The translations under genes were made by a program, and so were the position numbers. This document shows, in pieces, positions 13,068 to 26,411 of a stretch of DNA of 64,000 bases. The notes beneath the pieces were generated by a model. It had not been told where the DNA came from, did no database searches, and was given only the letters and a program-made list of their open reading frames with translations. Position 1 is the stretch's first letter; each line of letters starts with the position of its first letter. The stretch comes from Eledone cirrhosa (Eukaryota), in the NCBI GenBank assembly GCA_964016885.1, contig OZ024745.1, positions 98,952,001-99,016,000 of the forward strand, given 5' to 3'.

Positions 13068-13440
13068 CATGGCAAAAAGCACCCACCCCACACTATAAAG
13101 TGGTCATGTAGATCACGACAAAAAGCTCCCAGCCCACACTGTAAAGTGGTCGGGTAGGTGTCATGACAAAAAGCACCCTGCCCACACTGTAAAGTGGTCG
13201 TGTGGATCACGACAAAAAGCACCCAGCCCACACTGTAAAGTGGTCGGGTAGGTGTCATGACAAAAAGCACCCTGCCCACACTGTAAAGTGGTCATGTGGA
13301 TCACGACAAAAAGCACCCAGCCCACACTGTAAAGTGGTCGGGTAGGTGTCATGACAAAAAGCACCCTGCCCACACTGTAAAGTGGTCATGTAGGTGTCTC
13401 GACAAAAAGCACCCAGTGCTCACTATAAATGTGGTTGCCG
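13068..13440 (+). repeat. Minisatellite of about 47-bp monomers (94-bp dimer), about 8 monomers, at the front of an RTE-tailed SINE-like repeat that ends in (GAT)n near 13586
   Basis: Repeated gacaaaaagcacc...cccacactgtaaagtggtc; two near-identical ORFs in the track are offset by 94 bp. Confidence 0.9.
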
Positions 13441-15479
13441 TTAGGATGAGCATCCAGAAACCGAGCCAAAATCAGTCATGTATGAGCAAGACATGGTCAC
13501 CTGACTTGGCCTTTCTCACAGCAGGACAACTCATCTAACCCATGCTAGCGTAGAAAAATGGATGTTAAACAGTGATGATGATGATATGGACTGGGATCAA
13601 ATTCATAACTGTATATCTTACAACATAAGAGAAAAGAAGGCAAATACCTCACACAAACAGACATTACCAATAAGGAAAATTGCATAAATATAATTCATAA
13701 ACATATGCATACAGATTCATAAATCAACATATATGCACATTTTTATTATCAAAAGCTAACAAACTTTACTTCAATTCAAGAGAATATTCATTAATCATAT
13801 CCTTAAATTTCATGTATTCACAGCTAAGCCATTCCACGGCAACCATCACTGTTAAATCAGTCCATTTAGATGTATTGCTTTTCTAACACTCACAAGACAA
13901 AACTGTTCTGCACAAAATTTGCTTTTATTTGATAAAATATAGTCTGCTGAATGGCTAGTGCAATCTCCATAAACATAAAGTTAGAGTTGTAATATGTCAT
14001 CAGACTTTCAGTTAAGAACATGAGTATTTGTGACTCATTGGTAAAATTACAGCAAGGCATTGAAATTTCCATAAAGAAAAGAAAAAAATGCTCTATAGTG
14101 GGGTACAGAATTAACTGGAAATCAACAAATAGTTTACAGTGCTGAGATGTAATAAATATATTCTATTTATACTAAATAAATGAGTATAAAAATAAGTCAA
14201 CATACTTTATCGAATAAAACTGCTCAAACAATTATACATTGGGTCAAATATGCCTTACATTTGCAATAGAATGTACATGATGAAATTGATTGGAGGTGAA
14301 GTAAGATCTGTCTTTGATAATAATGGTGTTCTTACATATCATAACACAATATCAAGAGGGGGGAAAAAGATTCTGTATTACAAACCTATCCTTTGACAAC
14401 AAATTAAACGTAAGAATTGTAAAACTTCATACTATATTTATACAATAATCATGGATTATATACAGGGTCAAGAAGACATGACAACCTCCCCAGTGCTGGT
14501 GCCACGATGAAATGCACTGAATACACTCAGTAGAGCATGGGAACATACATAAACAAGATGTGGACTCCAGCCAAGAGCTCCAATTAAGTACTGACTTGGT
14601 CTGTAACAACCTTTCCAACTCTTTCTAGCAGGGAAAATGAATGTTATATGATGATGACATACAGTGTGATTATGAGATTAAGGTACTGGCTAACAGGCTA
14701 ACCACAAAACTGTTTTTGTTTTGTTATTATGTAAGTTGCCCAAGACTGATATTCAACTTGAGCTCCTGCAAGTTGATAACTGCAGAACTGGGGTTGGGGG
14801 GTTGGGGGTTTCAACTAAATGATTAGTGCAGGGTCCAGACAGGGATTGAAAAGTAGTGACATGAATGACAAGATGGTGGAGGGATGACAAGAAAAGGCAG
14901 GTGAATTGAGTGGTCTTACTTTAGGGTTGGTACATAAGTTGCTAGTTCAAAGGAATGGAAGTCATAATATTACTGATAGTAAAAGATAGAAAGAAGAAAC
15001 AGTAGATATGTGTGTAAGTTATTATAGCAGAGTGATTAATAAACCAATCAGTTGAAGGAAGGTAGGTCATAAGTTCAAACTTGACTAATCCATAGAGTTG
15101 TAACTCTTGGATGATATTTGGCAATATCAGCCTAACAAACAATCAATCATTTCAACTCTTACTCTATGTAATTGACAATAAGGAAAGCAAAATATATCTC
15201 ATGTATGCTAGCATGAAAGTGCTAAGTAGGAAAGGATAATATCTACAATTTTACACAGCATTTAGCTTATAGCATATATCTCTTGTATGGAGAGTAAAGT
15301 TTATTTTGTATTGTGAAAGTGATGAAATCTTGCTCATGTGAATTTACTTGATGGGTGAATTAATGAATTAATTTTCATCAACTAATCAGTGGTTAATGTT
15401 TTATATAACAACATATATACCTAATAATCAGTGATAAAACTTCTTTTTTACCTGTGTAACGCCAATATGCATGAATGGC

Positions 15480-15760
15480 AAAGCACAAATGAGCTGCAAG
15501 AAAAACTAGGTGTATGAGGAATCAGATGTAGTGTGTGGGTGAGAAGGTTGTTCTGGTGCACATATAATGTGTATGTATGATGATCATTGGATAAAGAAAA
15601 ACCAGGAGTTCCTAGTGGAAGAGGGGCCAGTGAAGAAAAAGACCAAGGAAGTCATGAGCATAAGATGAGTGGTGAAAGCTGATGATATGATGCTGAAACT
15701 CACAACAGAGATGACACAAGAAAACGTAAAATAGAAGGAAGCTATGGAAAAGCAGACAAA
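15480..15760 (+). mobile_element. Diverged RTE LINE 3' fragment
   Basis: ELQEKLGV*GIRCSVWVRRL...DDHWIKKNQEFLVE...LKLTTEMT aligns by eye to the C-terminus of 58294-59178. Confidence 0.65.
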
Positions 15761-17276
15761 ATAATGGTGATTATTGTTGATGTCCAAGGAAAATGGGTCT
15801 TTCTACATACACTAAAATAGAACAAACCATCCTATAAATACAACTGTCCAAAGAACTGAACAGAACCTTTTCTGCACATGAAGTGCATTTACTACCATGG
15901 AACAAAATAGTTCCAGCTCCACCAGCTGGCGAAGGTTGGGTGGGTTGTCACAGTCTGAGATTTGATGGGTTGGGAAGACCTCATCTTGTTCATACAGGGT
16001 GTACTGAGTGTATTTTTTTCATGGCACCCTCAATACTACTTTACATTGTGCACTTTTCTACAAGCCAGAATTGGCAATCTTGCTTTATTGTGATTATGTA
16101 CACATGTACATATGTACACACAGCTACATATACACACACACAAATGTATATATACACTATCTACACACTTGTAAAAGTACTTCATGTTCACCAAAAGCCT
16201 TTTCATTTTCATTGTTTATTTATTTATTTATTTATTTATTGGCTAGCATGACTTGCTTAGCCATAACTAACACTTCTTAAAGCCAAAACAGAAACTTTTT
16301 ATATCAATAACATTTATTCCAATCAGGTTGGTTCCAGACAAGTGACAAGTACAAAATATAACTATATAAAACATATATTCTATATTACAATAGTGAATAT
16401 CTTTTCATCAAACAAACGGCAATGTATACCTTATCAGTGATACAACTTTTTAGCTGATTACTTTAAATTTTTCTGTGTTAATGGGTTGGAAAATTCTGCA
16501 TGAACTGTTGTAGCAATGGCCCACTCAATACTGAACTCTCAAACAGAAAATATCACACAAAATAATACAGCTGTCTTCAAAGGAATTCTATCAGATCCTT
16601 ACTAGAAACAATTAAATGTTTAGCAAATTTTGTTAATTGTAAATCTAATACCTCATATATTTCAATTAATAATTCATTAGAGATTCTCAACAAGTAAGAA
16701 TATTTAATTCACACGAAATAATGCATTCATCATCGTTAATTTATACACCCAATACATTTTCTTATAATATCTTTAATTTGCAATTATCTTATATAATAGC
16801 TCACAACAGTTATGATAAAATTAAGGCATTATATCCAAATGAACAAGACAATTCTTCTAGTCAACATACCATTGGAAATCAGTTTCATTAACTAATTCGC
16901 CTTTCTATGAAGAAACCATCCTAGAAGGAATAAGAATCAGTTCGATCAAGAAATAACTGAAATACCGAGGTATATAAAAATTCAGTAAAGAGGAATGTGG
17001 TGAAGAATGCATGTAATTTCATACAGATTTAATTCCTAACATGATTGGGTGTATACAGGAATTAATAAATGAAACTTATACTTTTAAATTTGAGCAAAAT
17101 ATTTAATCTAGAAATTATATAGATATGCAATAGACATGCATTAATAAAACATTCCTTAGTCAAATGGTACAAATTGGTCACAAGAAAATTACTCTTGGAG
17201 TAAAAACTATTCTGAATATTTCAATTAATTTTCATAGAATGTTAAAAACATGCTAGTGTGTGTATGCATGTGTGTG

Positions 17277-17760
17277 ATCATCATTACCATCACTGTTTTT
17301 CATCTATTTTCTATGGTTGCATGGTCAGGTAACTGTATCCTGTTCATAGGTTCCACCATAACATGGTTTCTATGGCAGGATGCCCTTCCTAACGCCAATC
17401 ACTTCAGAGTGTGAACTGGGTACTTTTTATTGTGGCACTAACACTATCACTTGACAGGGTGTTCTGGGTGCTTTTTATCATGGCACCAGCAATACCACAT
17501 TACAGAGTAGGGCTGGGTGAATTTTGTGGAAACACCAGCACTATCACTTTTTAACACCAAGGCTCTTATTGAGTCACCCTTACCAAGCTGGGAATGCAGT
17601 GATGTAGGGGGAGGGGGTCACATGTAGCTTGCTAAGAGGTCTTAAAGAGAGTGGTGCCTGGCTTTACAGTTAGTGGGTCTGTTTTATCATGGTGACATCG
17701 TTCAGTGAAGGAGGAATCAGAGGTGAGAGTCAGGGTAGTATGTGTTGTATCACACAGGCA
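17277..17760 (-). mobile_element. RTE-tailed SINE-like repeat (family C)
   Basis: (CAT)n tail and ggatgcccttcctaacgccaa motif. Other copies at about 14470-14660, 30660-30940, 33940-34180, 35760-36105, 41345-41580 and 52345-52800. Confidence 0.65.
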
Positions 17761-17989
17761 GACTTGAAGCAAGGGAGTAAACAAGCAATGTTTTGCAGTA
17801 TTCTGCAGATAAGCATCCATCTTTCCATACCAGAGGAATCAGTGATGTGAATGGCAGGGGAAGGGAGATAGTGAATGAAAGGGCTAAAAATGTTGCTACA
17901 CCTTTCTGTTTGCATTTCATCTCACTGATATGGGAAAGTGAGTTTTATGTTGTACAGAATATGGCCAGGCAGTTTCATCCCATATCCCC

Positions 17990-18825
17990 TTTACCACATC
18001 ATCCAAAGTTAACCTAGGTCTACCTATTCCACAGTTTACATCTCCTTTGAATGCCCTGTACATTTTTATGCAACTTTCATCCCTCATATGCATCACATGT
18101 CCACAGCAGTGCAGTATTCTTTCTTGTACACTGCATCTAATATTTCTTAGGCTTAGCTTTTCTCTCAGTATGTTGATACTTCTTTTTTCATGTACACTGC
18201 TATTACACATCCATCAGATCATGCTTGCCTTATTTCTTTCCAATCTTCATAAATTCTCTGCACTCAAGGCCGAAGTCTCCCTACCATGCAGCATCGTACT
18301 TCCCACACAGACATCATACAATCTGCTTTACATCCTGAGAGAAACCTTTAGCAGCAACTAGAGGTAATAGATCCCTGAACTTTTCCCATCTGGTTCTCAC
18401 TCTACAAACTTTCAGAAGACCCTCCTCCTCCCAGAGCTAATTAAGGTACCTAGGTAGCGGAGGCTGTCAACCACTTCTAGAAAGCTATCTGAGCATTTGA
18501 TAGTGTCTGTTTCATGTGAGCGCTTGCTGCTTACTGCACCTGTGCATCTACCACATACATAGCCTCTACATTGTTAGCCTACTCAATATCCTGCTACGTC
18601 TCTTGTGCACCTATAGTTTACATTTTCTACACTGTATGGAATTTCTACCAGTTCCTTTTTTGCATTTTGAAGATGGAATCAGGGTTCTGACATCTTTCCT
18701 ACTTACTAAGACTTTAGTTTGAGCTAAGTTGAATTTGAAGCCTTTTGATTCCAGGTTTGGAATTTTTTCTCTAGTTTCTCAGCATATTCAACTATAGGAA
18801 CTAGGTTATCTTCATACAGGAGCTC

Positions 18826-18829
<4 letters not shown>
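17990..18829 (-). mobile_element. Degenerate RTE LINE ORF 3' part (RT end, Cys-rich insert, C-terminus)
   Basis: Begins WELLYEDNLV (decayed YADD) and ends LREKLSLRNIRCSVQERILHCCGHVMHM...GRPR. Homologous to 58294-59178; abuts (TA)n at 18830-18885. Confidence 0.85.
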
Positions 18830-18887
<58 letters not shown>

Positions 18888-20486
18888 CATATATAATTTA
18901 GTAGGCAGATGGAAAGTGATTGAAAGAAGGGGAAATGAATTTTGGAGACAGGGATTCTATACTAATTCTATATAGAATTATAATAGTTGATAAACATACA
19001 AGAGAGAAAGAGGTGGATAGCTTCTTATTTATAAAATACCTTTTAAATGCAATATTGATTTTTGTTTTGTTTTGTCTTTTTTATTATTCTAAATATATAC
19101 CTGATTTGTAACTTGGCAAAATTTAGGCAATTTAGCTAAAAATCAATACATAAATATGAACAATGATAACAATCAGCAAAATATTAATAAATGGCAAAAA
19201 TAAAAAAAATGCCTGTGATAACCATAAAATGGTTTAGTAACATTTATTTTCCTTATACAGTGACTGTAATATTGATAAAGGATTCCAACTCATTCATCTA
19301 CCTACAATTATTAATTGTAAACATGAATTGGCCCCAATTTAGAATTATTTATATGGCAGTGATTCTGAATATGGAGAACATGCCTCAAAATATGAGAATA
19401 TTTAAGGAGCCAATTTTTTAAATCTTTTTAACAAACGGGTTTTTATATTGAAAGAAACATACTTTTAGGTACTGTGATGGATCATGGCGCAAAAAAGTTT
19501 AAAAAATCAAGGAATATATTCAACTGTCATGTCCAAATATATTACTACTAATACCATTTGATAGACAAAATTTACAGAGTACTATTTTTTAAATTTGAAA
19601 TATTAAAGATCAATCTTAACAGCAAAAGACATAGTGAAAACTGTTTAATAAAATTAACCAGAACTGTACACAACACCAGCTACAGAAGACTTAAATCTAT
19701 TAGTTTTCAAAAAAGTGATAACACCAGTAAGATAGTAACGAGTTTGATTTAAAAAGTCAAATGACTCACTAAATGTGTTTCTAGATTTCATGGAATAAGA
19801 TTTGTCTTCACTCAACATTTTTAACATTACAACTTAGTACTCAATCAAATCTCCTTTTTGACTGTACCACAACATTTGAAACAATTATTGCAATTACATC
19901 TGTATTTCCTATTGCCCTACTGTATCTCCTTAAAAACTCCAACACCAAATATTTCAAATACACATTTATTTTAAAGATTTTTCTTTTTTTACTGGGATGT
20001 TATCCTATGTGATCTTCCACTCTCTATATACTCATCTTCAATGATTTAAGTTCTATTTTATTTATATCAAACCTAATAACCATCACTTTTTTTCAATCCA
20101 AGAAAGAATTCTACAATAAGCTTCTCAGGCAATGATACAACAAAACATAAGAATAAAATCAGAAATGATTTGAGTTCATTTAAAAACTGTCTCAATAGAT
20201 ATAATGTTGTTTACAAAGTTCCAGTCAGTTACATAATTATAAAAGAATGATTGATAGTGTGAATTATTAAACAGTTGGATCATTTCTGTATATCACTGGT
20301 TTGACTGCTTTTATACGACTTCTTATTTTCTGCACCAACAACTGGATAAATATAATGCCAATGATAGAGTAGATTTATTTGACTATATCACTTCCTCAAA
20401 GCAAAAATATATTTTATATGAAGCATTGTGAGATATATAATTGAGAATGTATTGGGAAAGCCAGTACAATGCAAATAAGAAATATA

Positions 20487-20649
20487 ATTGTTTCTACTTT
20501 TGGCACAAGGCCAGTAATTACCCAGTACATTACTGGTACTTTATTTTATCGACCCCGTAAGGATGAAAGGTAAAGTTAACCTCGGCGGGATTTGAACTCA
20601 GAATGGCAAGGGCCGTAACTCTATGCATCAAAGCATGGCGTCCGACGCC
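20487..20649 (-). mobile_element. SINE family A
   Basis: Near-identical to 12220-12405. Confidence 0.85.
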
Positions 20650-20946
20650 TCGAAACTAGAGTCGGGTAAAATAAGAACGACAAAACAATTTTTACCCTAT
20701 ATATTTCATCGTATTCCATCATATTTCAAGGTTAGAACTACTTTTTCAAATGACAAATGAAAAAAGAATGTCTTGTTCCTACAAGCTATTCCTCAGCAGT
20801 GTGATTTATAAAGCGACCTCCTTGTTAAGCTTCCCTGGTAAAGTCTATGCTAAGTATCTAGCAAAGAAATGTAGGAAGATTGCTGAGTCCAAGCTAGCCT
20901 GTCAGCTCCATGTAGCACAGATCTGTTATTAATACTTAGTTTAGCC

Positions 20947-21126
20947 GACATGTTTTATGGCATAGAGTTACACCTCTTTACAATCTGAGTTAAAATCCTG
21001 CTGAGGTTAACTTTGCCTTTTATCCATATGGGGTCGATAAGATAAAGTACCAGTAATGCACTGGGGTAGATTTAATCGACTTTCTCTTCTCACAAAATTG
21101 TTGGCCTTGTGCCTAAATCAGAAACC
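20947..21126 (+). mobile_element. SINE family A, 5'-truncated, 16-bp TSD
   Basis: TSD aata(c/t)ttagtttagcc at 20931-20946 and 21127-21142. Confidence 0.85.
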
Positions 21127-21619
21127 AATATTTAGTTTAGCCAAAATATTTTTTTTCTCTAGTTTTATATCTACATTGCTTGGCTTGTTGAACATTTGCA
21201 TATTGTGTTTTTAACAGTTATGAAATAAGATTGATATATGTTGAAATAGAAGCTGTTGTGAGATATACAGACTGGTGGCAATAGAAAGGTTTGAACTTAC
21301 AACAATTTTAACCTCCCTGCTACTATACAACTGAAAATGGCATGAGATTTCTTTTGTTTAACAGAAAAATAAATCAGCTCTTCAGTTTTTGCTGTGATGG
21401 AGCCAAATGTAGTAAATTTATCTATTTGGCATTACTGTTCACTAATGATCATTGTAATTGGCCAGTGTAATGAGACATATATAGATTTCCTGCCAATCAA
21501 CATATATTTCTGTATTTCTGTGTTTTTCTTTTACAGTATTTTCCCATGCTTCATGTAAATCAGTTCAACAACTGAATAAAAAGTAGTTCTCTTATGAAAT
21601 GGTGCACATTTTTTCTGCA

Positions 21620-21990
21620 TATGTGTGCGTGTGTGTATATATATATATCAATATATATATTGTATTTGAGTGTTCATACATGTGTGCCTATATATGTGAA
21701 TGTACATACATGTGTCTGTATATATTCTATTTGAATGTACATACATCTGTGATTGTATATATATATATTGCATATGTGAGTGTACATACATGTGTGTGTA
21801 TACATTGTATGTGAGTGTACATACATGTATCTCTATATATATATTCTATTTGATTGTACATACATGTGTATTTGTATATATATTACATATGTGAGTGTAC
21901 ATACATGTGTATTTGTATATATATTACATATGTGAGTGTATATACTTGTGTATCTGTATATATATTATGTGATTGTACATACATGTGTGT
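21620..21990. repeat. Degenerate about 40-bp minisatellite (tgtgagtgtacatacatgtgt...)
   Basis: Recurring gtacatacatgtgt units. Confidence 0.85.
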
Positions 21991-22351
21991 AGATAAGATT
22001 ATTTATTATCGGTCTAATTGTTGCTTTTGTTTGTTAAGATATTAATAAAATATGCTAAAGATTCAAAATAATAGCTTCTTGTTTAAAACATGCTGAATGA
22101 TGTAGTGTTAAATTTTCCGAACAGTAAATCATTGGGTTGGAACCAAAATGTTCTGATTAAAATTTCTTTAATCAATACTAAATAAGCAAGGAGGGGAAAA
22201 TTTAGCTGATAAAAGTAAATTCCATTTGCTTTTCAAATGAACACATATATTTATATTTGAGGGAAAATGTATTTATCTCAATTGTTATTATAGATCAATA
22301 TAAAAATGAATTATCTATAATAAACCTTTGCTAAACCTACATCAATAATTT

Positions 22352-22648
22352 GGTAAATGTGCAGTCTACACATTTGGTTTCTCCCCACCCCTTCTAAATG
22401 TGCAGTCTACACAGTATCTCCCCACCCCTGTAAATGTGTAGTCTACACACTATTTCCCCACCTCCTGTAAATGTGCAGTCTACACAGTATCTCCCCACCC
22501 CCTGTAAATGTGCAGTCTACAATATCTCCCCACCCCTGTAAATGTGCAGTCTACACAGTATTTCCCAACCCCCTGTAAATGTGCAGTCTACACAGTATTT
22601 CCCCACCCCCTGTAAATGTGCTATCTACACAGTATCCCCCCACTCCCT
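22352..22648. repeat. About 37-bp minisatellite, about 8 copies (taaatgtgcagtctacacagtatctccccacccctg)
   Basis: Read directly. Confidence 0.95.
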
Positions 22649-24046
22649 TATTATTTTAGTATTTGAGGTAAGAAAAAGATATTAGTCAAATAAGGAAAAT
22701 AATTTTATTTTCCTTGGCACAATGCCTTTTTGAAACACATTGTATTTCCATTCGTTCTGGAAAAATGGAAAACAAAGACAATATCAGCAAGATTTTGAAG
22801 ATAAAAACAGAAAGAGCATCCAGCTATAGAAACCATGCCAAATGGAACATTATTTTGAGAGAAACATGGTCACCTAACCTGTCTAAGAGAACACTAGCTC
22901 CAATGATTCTGACTTGGTCTGTAACAACCCATCCAACTTATGCCAGCATGAAATATCAGACATATGACGATAATGGTGGTGGTGAAGGAGAAGAAACATT
23001 AGGTACTATAAAGCAACTCAATTCTATCCCACCATTTCATGTTTTATGGAGAATTCTGCTGCAGCTTCAAATATTTGCATGTGTGCAATGGAAAGTGAAG
23101 CGACTGTTTGAATATAAGTCAACTGAAAATACGATTTGGCAATAAAGTCATGTCTGAAAGAGAAATTGTGCTGATGATAGTGACTGGGTTAAAACTTTCC
23201 ATAAATTTGTGGTTGAAGCTAGTTTATGTAAAGAATATTAGATAACATCAAATCAACCCTGACATGTCAACACAATATCAAGAGTCAGAGAAAGATATTG
23301 CATTGTAAATTTGTGTAACCATGACAACACAAAAGCTTTGGTGAAATGGTGATAATAAACATGGTTAAAAACAAGTATTTCCTTCATGCGTATATATTGT
23401 GTCACTGTTTGTTTAACTTGCACTATTTCCATGCATGAGTTGGGACAAAACTTTCTGAGGATAGTAACTCTGATTATGTAATGATTTAGTCTGTGACAAC
23501 CCATCCAATCCATTCATGATGATATATACCTTAATAAGACTGTTATTGCTCCAATAAGTCCACAAACACTCAGCAAACACCCTAAACTGAACGCTAGTCT
23601 GCACTCATAACTCCTGCCAAACCAAACCTCATTCATCCTCCAAATTGGGCAAACCAAATGGGGCAAACCAAACTACCGTGCCCAAATTTGGCATACATAA
23701 CCGGACCGCAACATCCACTGAATGGGGAAGATAGATGTTGGGAAAGAGAAATAATGATTGCGACAATCATGAAGCATCATATGTTGAAAGTCAAATTTAA
23801 GCGTGAAGACTTTCTAACATAAGTACTATGCTATAACTTTGGGGGAGGTTAGTTGATTAAACCTCCTCAGTACTTGATTGGTACTTTTATTTTACTAAAC
23901 CCTAGGAGAGAGTGAAAGGCAAAGTCAACAAGATTTGAACTCTGAACTTGAGCAGCATTATATACTGCAAATACTGCCTAATGCTCTAACAATTCTGCCA
24001 ATCCAAAATTAATATCAGTCACAAATATATGCTACAAGATATATCT

Positions 24047-25722
24047 TCTTCCAGTGGGTCATGTCATAAACAACTGTTTCCAACTGATCTGACCAGCCAA
24101 GCTTATGGATGTTATCCAACCATCTTGCTTGGGGTCTATCCCTGAGTTTCCTGCCAGTTGGCTTTACCTGTAAAATCTGTTCAGCGATTCTTTCCTGAGA
24201 CATTCTAACCACATGCCCATAGTATCGGAGCCGTGATCTCTCAATTCGGAGAAGTAGCAGCTGTACCTGAAACCACTCACTGATCTCCGAGCTACACACT
24301 CTATTGAGTAATATTACTCCAAAGACTCTTTGGAAGAACCCCACTTCCATCGCTTGTATTCGCCATCGTATTCTTTCGGTCATTACCCAAGATTCATGAC
24401 CATAGGGTAAGGGTTGGCATGAATACCAAAATTAGCAAATGCTGAAGCATTATTGCACCAGCTCCTGAAATTCTTGCACTTAATTCAGCCTACTGCCTTC
24501 CATCACTTGAGAACACGGCTTCTCATGTTGCTTCAGTGGAACTCCATTCACATGAAGAGTGCACAGTGCAGGCTTCCTTGAGAAGACAAGTGTCTCAGTT
24601 TTCACAGCACTGATTTTCATTCAGCCATGCAGCACTCAGCATCAAACCTATCAAGTGTAAGTTGGAGATCACCTTCTGTTGAGCTAAGTAATACCATGTC
24701 TTCTTTGTCCACTTATTCCTGAGAGGGTTGTGAGGAAAGAATCCTCAAGGACTCACCGGAGGGAGTGTTTGAGGACTCTTCCCTCCGGTGAGTCCTGTCA
24801 GATGTAATACCATGTCATTTGCTAATTACAGCTGAGTGATTCTACACCTGCCAGTCGTGATACCACTTCTAACCTGGCTGCGCATGTCAATCCTGTGTTC
24901 ATGAAAATAACAAACAGGAGAAGTGATAGTATGCAACATTGGCAGAATCTGACTCCCACATTGAATGGTTTCAATTGAACAACATTTATCTGAACACAAA
25001 TACTCGGGCATTCATATATAGACATCAGAGCAACAAGAAGCTGACTATCGATCCCATACTCCTGCATAACCTTCCATAGCTGGTCCCATGGAACACAGTC
25101 ATATGCCTTTTTGAGGTCTATAAAGCAAGAATACACTTCTTAGCAGTACTCCTACGATTTCTCAAAGACCTGCCGTGGAGTGAATATTTGGTTGGCTGTG
25201 CTGCATCCAGGACGACAACAGAATGGCGATTGTTTAGCTCAGCAGTTTCTGCTTCAATTTGTTGAATGCTGCAAGCGAAAGAAGTTTGGAGTGGTGCTGG
25301 ATGGCAGGAGGACCTCTTGGTTCAATCAAGGGGTCAAAGATGACATCCGAACAAAGAAGGAGGCCTAGAAAGCTTGGCTTAAAAATAAGTCCTCCTTAAA
25401 AATAAGTCCTCCTTCTTGCACTTGTGGTACAAACAGGAATGAAGAAGGTCACTGGGGAGGATGAAATTCAGCATGAGATGTTAAAAGCCTTAAATAGAGA
25501 AGGTATTCTCTGGCTGACTCATGTGTACCAGGTGGCCTGGATCTTTGGAAAGGCACCTAAGCAATGGCAATTGAGAGTGATAATCCCATTTTTCAAAAAG
25601 TGGAACAAGAGAGATTGCTGGATTTATAAAATAACCTCCTTGTTAAGCCTCCCTGGTAAAGTCTATGCTAAGTGTCTGGCAAAGAGATGTAGTGAGATTG
25701 TTGAGTTCAAGCTAGCTGATAA
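24047..25722 (-). mobile_element. RTE-clade LINE (second family) with inverted 5' segment and 13-bp TSD
   Basis: Minus 25213-24047: RPGCSTANQIF, FIDLKKAYDCVP, MTERIRWRIQAMEVGF, RLRYYGHVVRM. Plus 25214-25722: GEDEIQHEMLKAL, SLLSLPGKVYAK, EFKLAD. TSD acaagatatatct at 24034-24046 and 25723-25735. Confidence 0.85.
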
Positions 25723-26411
25723 ACAAGATATATCTAAAAATTGTTATTTGTTACATTTCCAATAATCTTGGAAAAAAACGAAATATTATCTACACAATAT
25801 ATATTCACTATATTCAATATCCACCATATGCCTAATGCCTAAATTTGTGTCATGAAAAAATAAAATCATCTTTGAATGTATTTTAAGCAATTAACAGCAT
25901 AGCAAGTTTAAAACAAATCCTGTATAGCCAACACTATTGTAACCGACTTGTTCAAGAATAACTTATCCAAAAATAGATGTTTTCTAAGCTGTGTGAAATT
26001 CAGGATACAATTAAGTTAAAGAAATTGTCGTTTATTTATATCAACTGTAAAGACTAATTACTTGAGCAAAATTAATGACATTAAATATTAAGTGCAGTGA
26101 AACATAGGATAGTTTATATAGAAAAGGGGATTTAAATTTTTATGCAGAAACTCCAAGTCCTAAGCAAGTCGCCCCCCCCCCCCCCCCACACACACTTCTT
26201 TCCAGTAGACTAAAAACCTAATTCAATATAAAGATAGTCTGTTGAATCACACCCAATATATTTATTAGTACTTACTATATATACTTTGAATATAAGCTGA
26301 TCTGAATATAAGCACCCCACCCCGGTTTTCTGTTTGAGAAATGGGCAAAAATCCAAGGCGGCTAATCAACACATTATGTTGTGGTTTTGAAATTCTAAAT
26401 TCTCATGAGTA

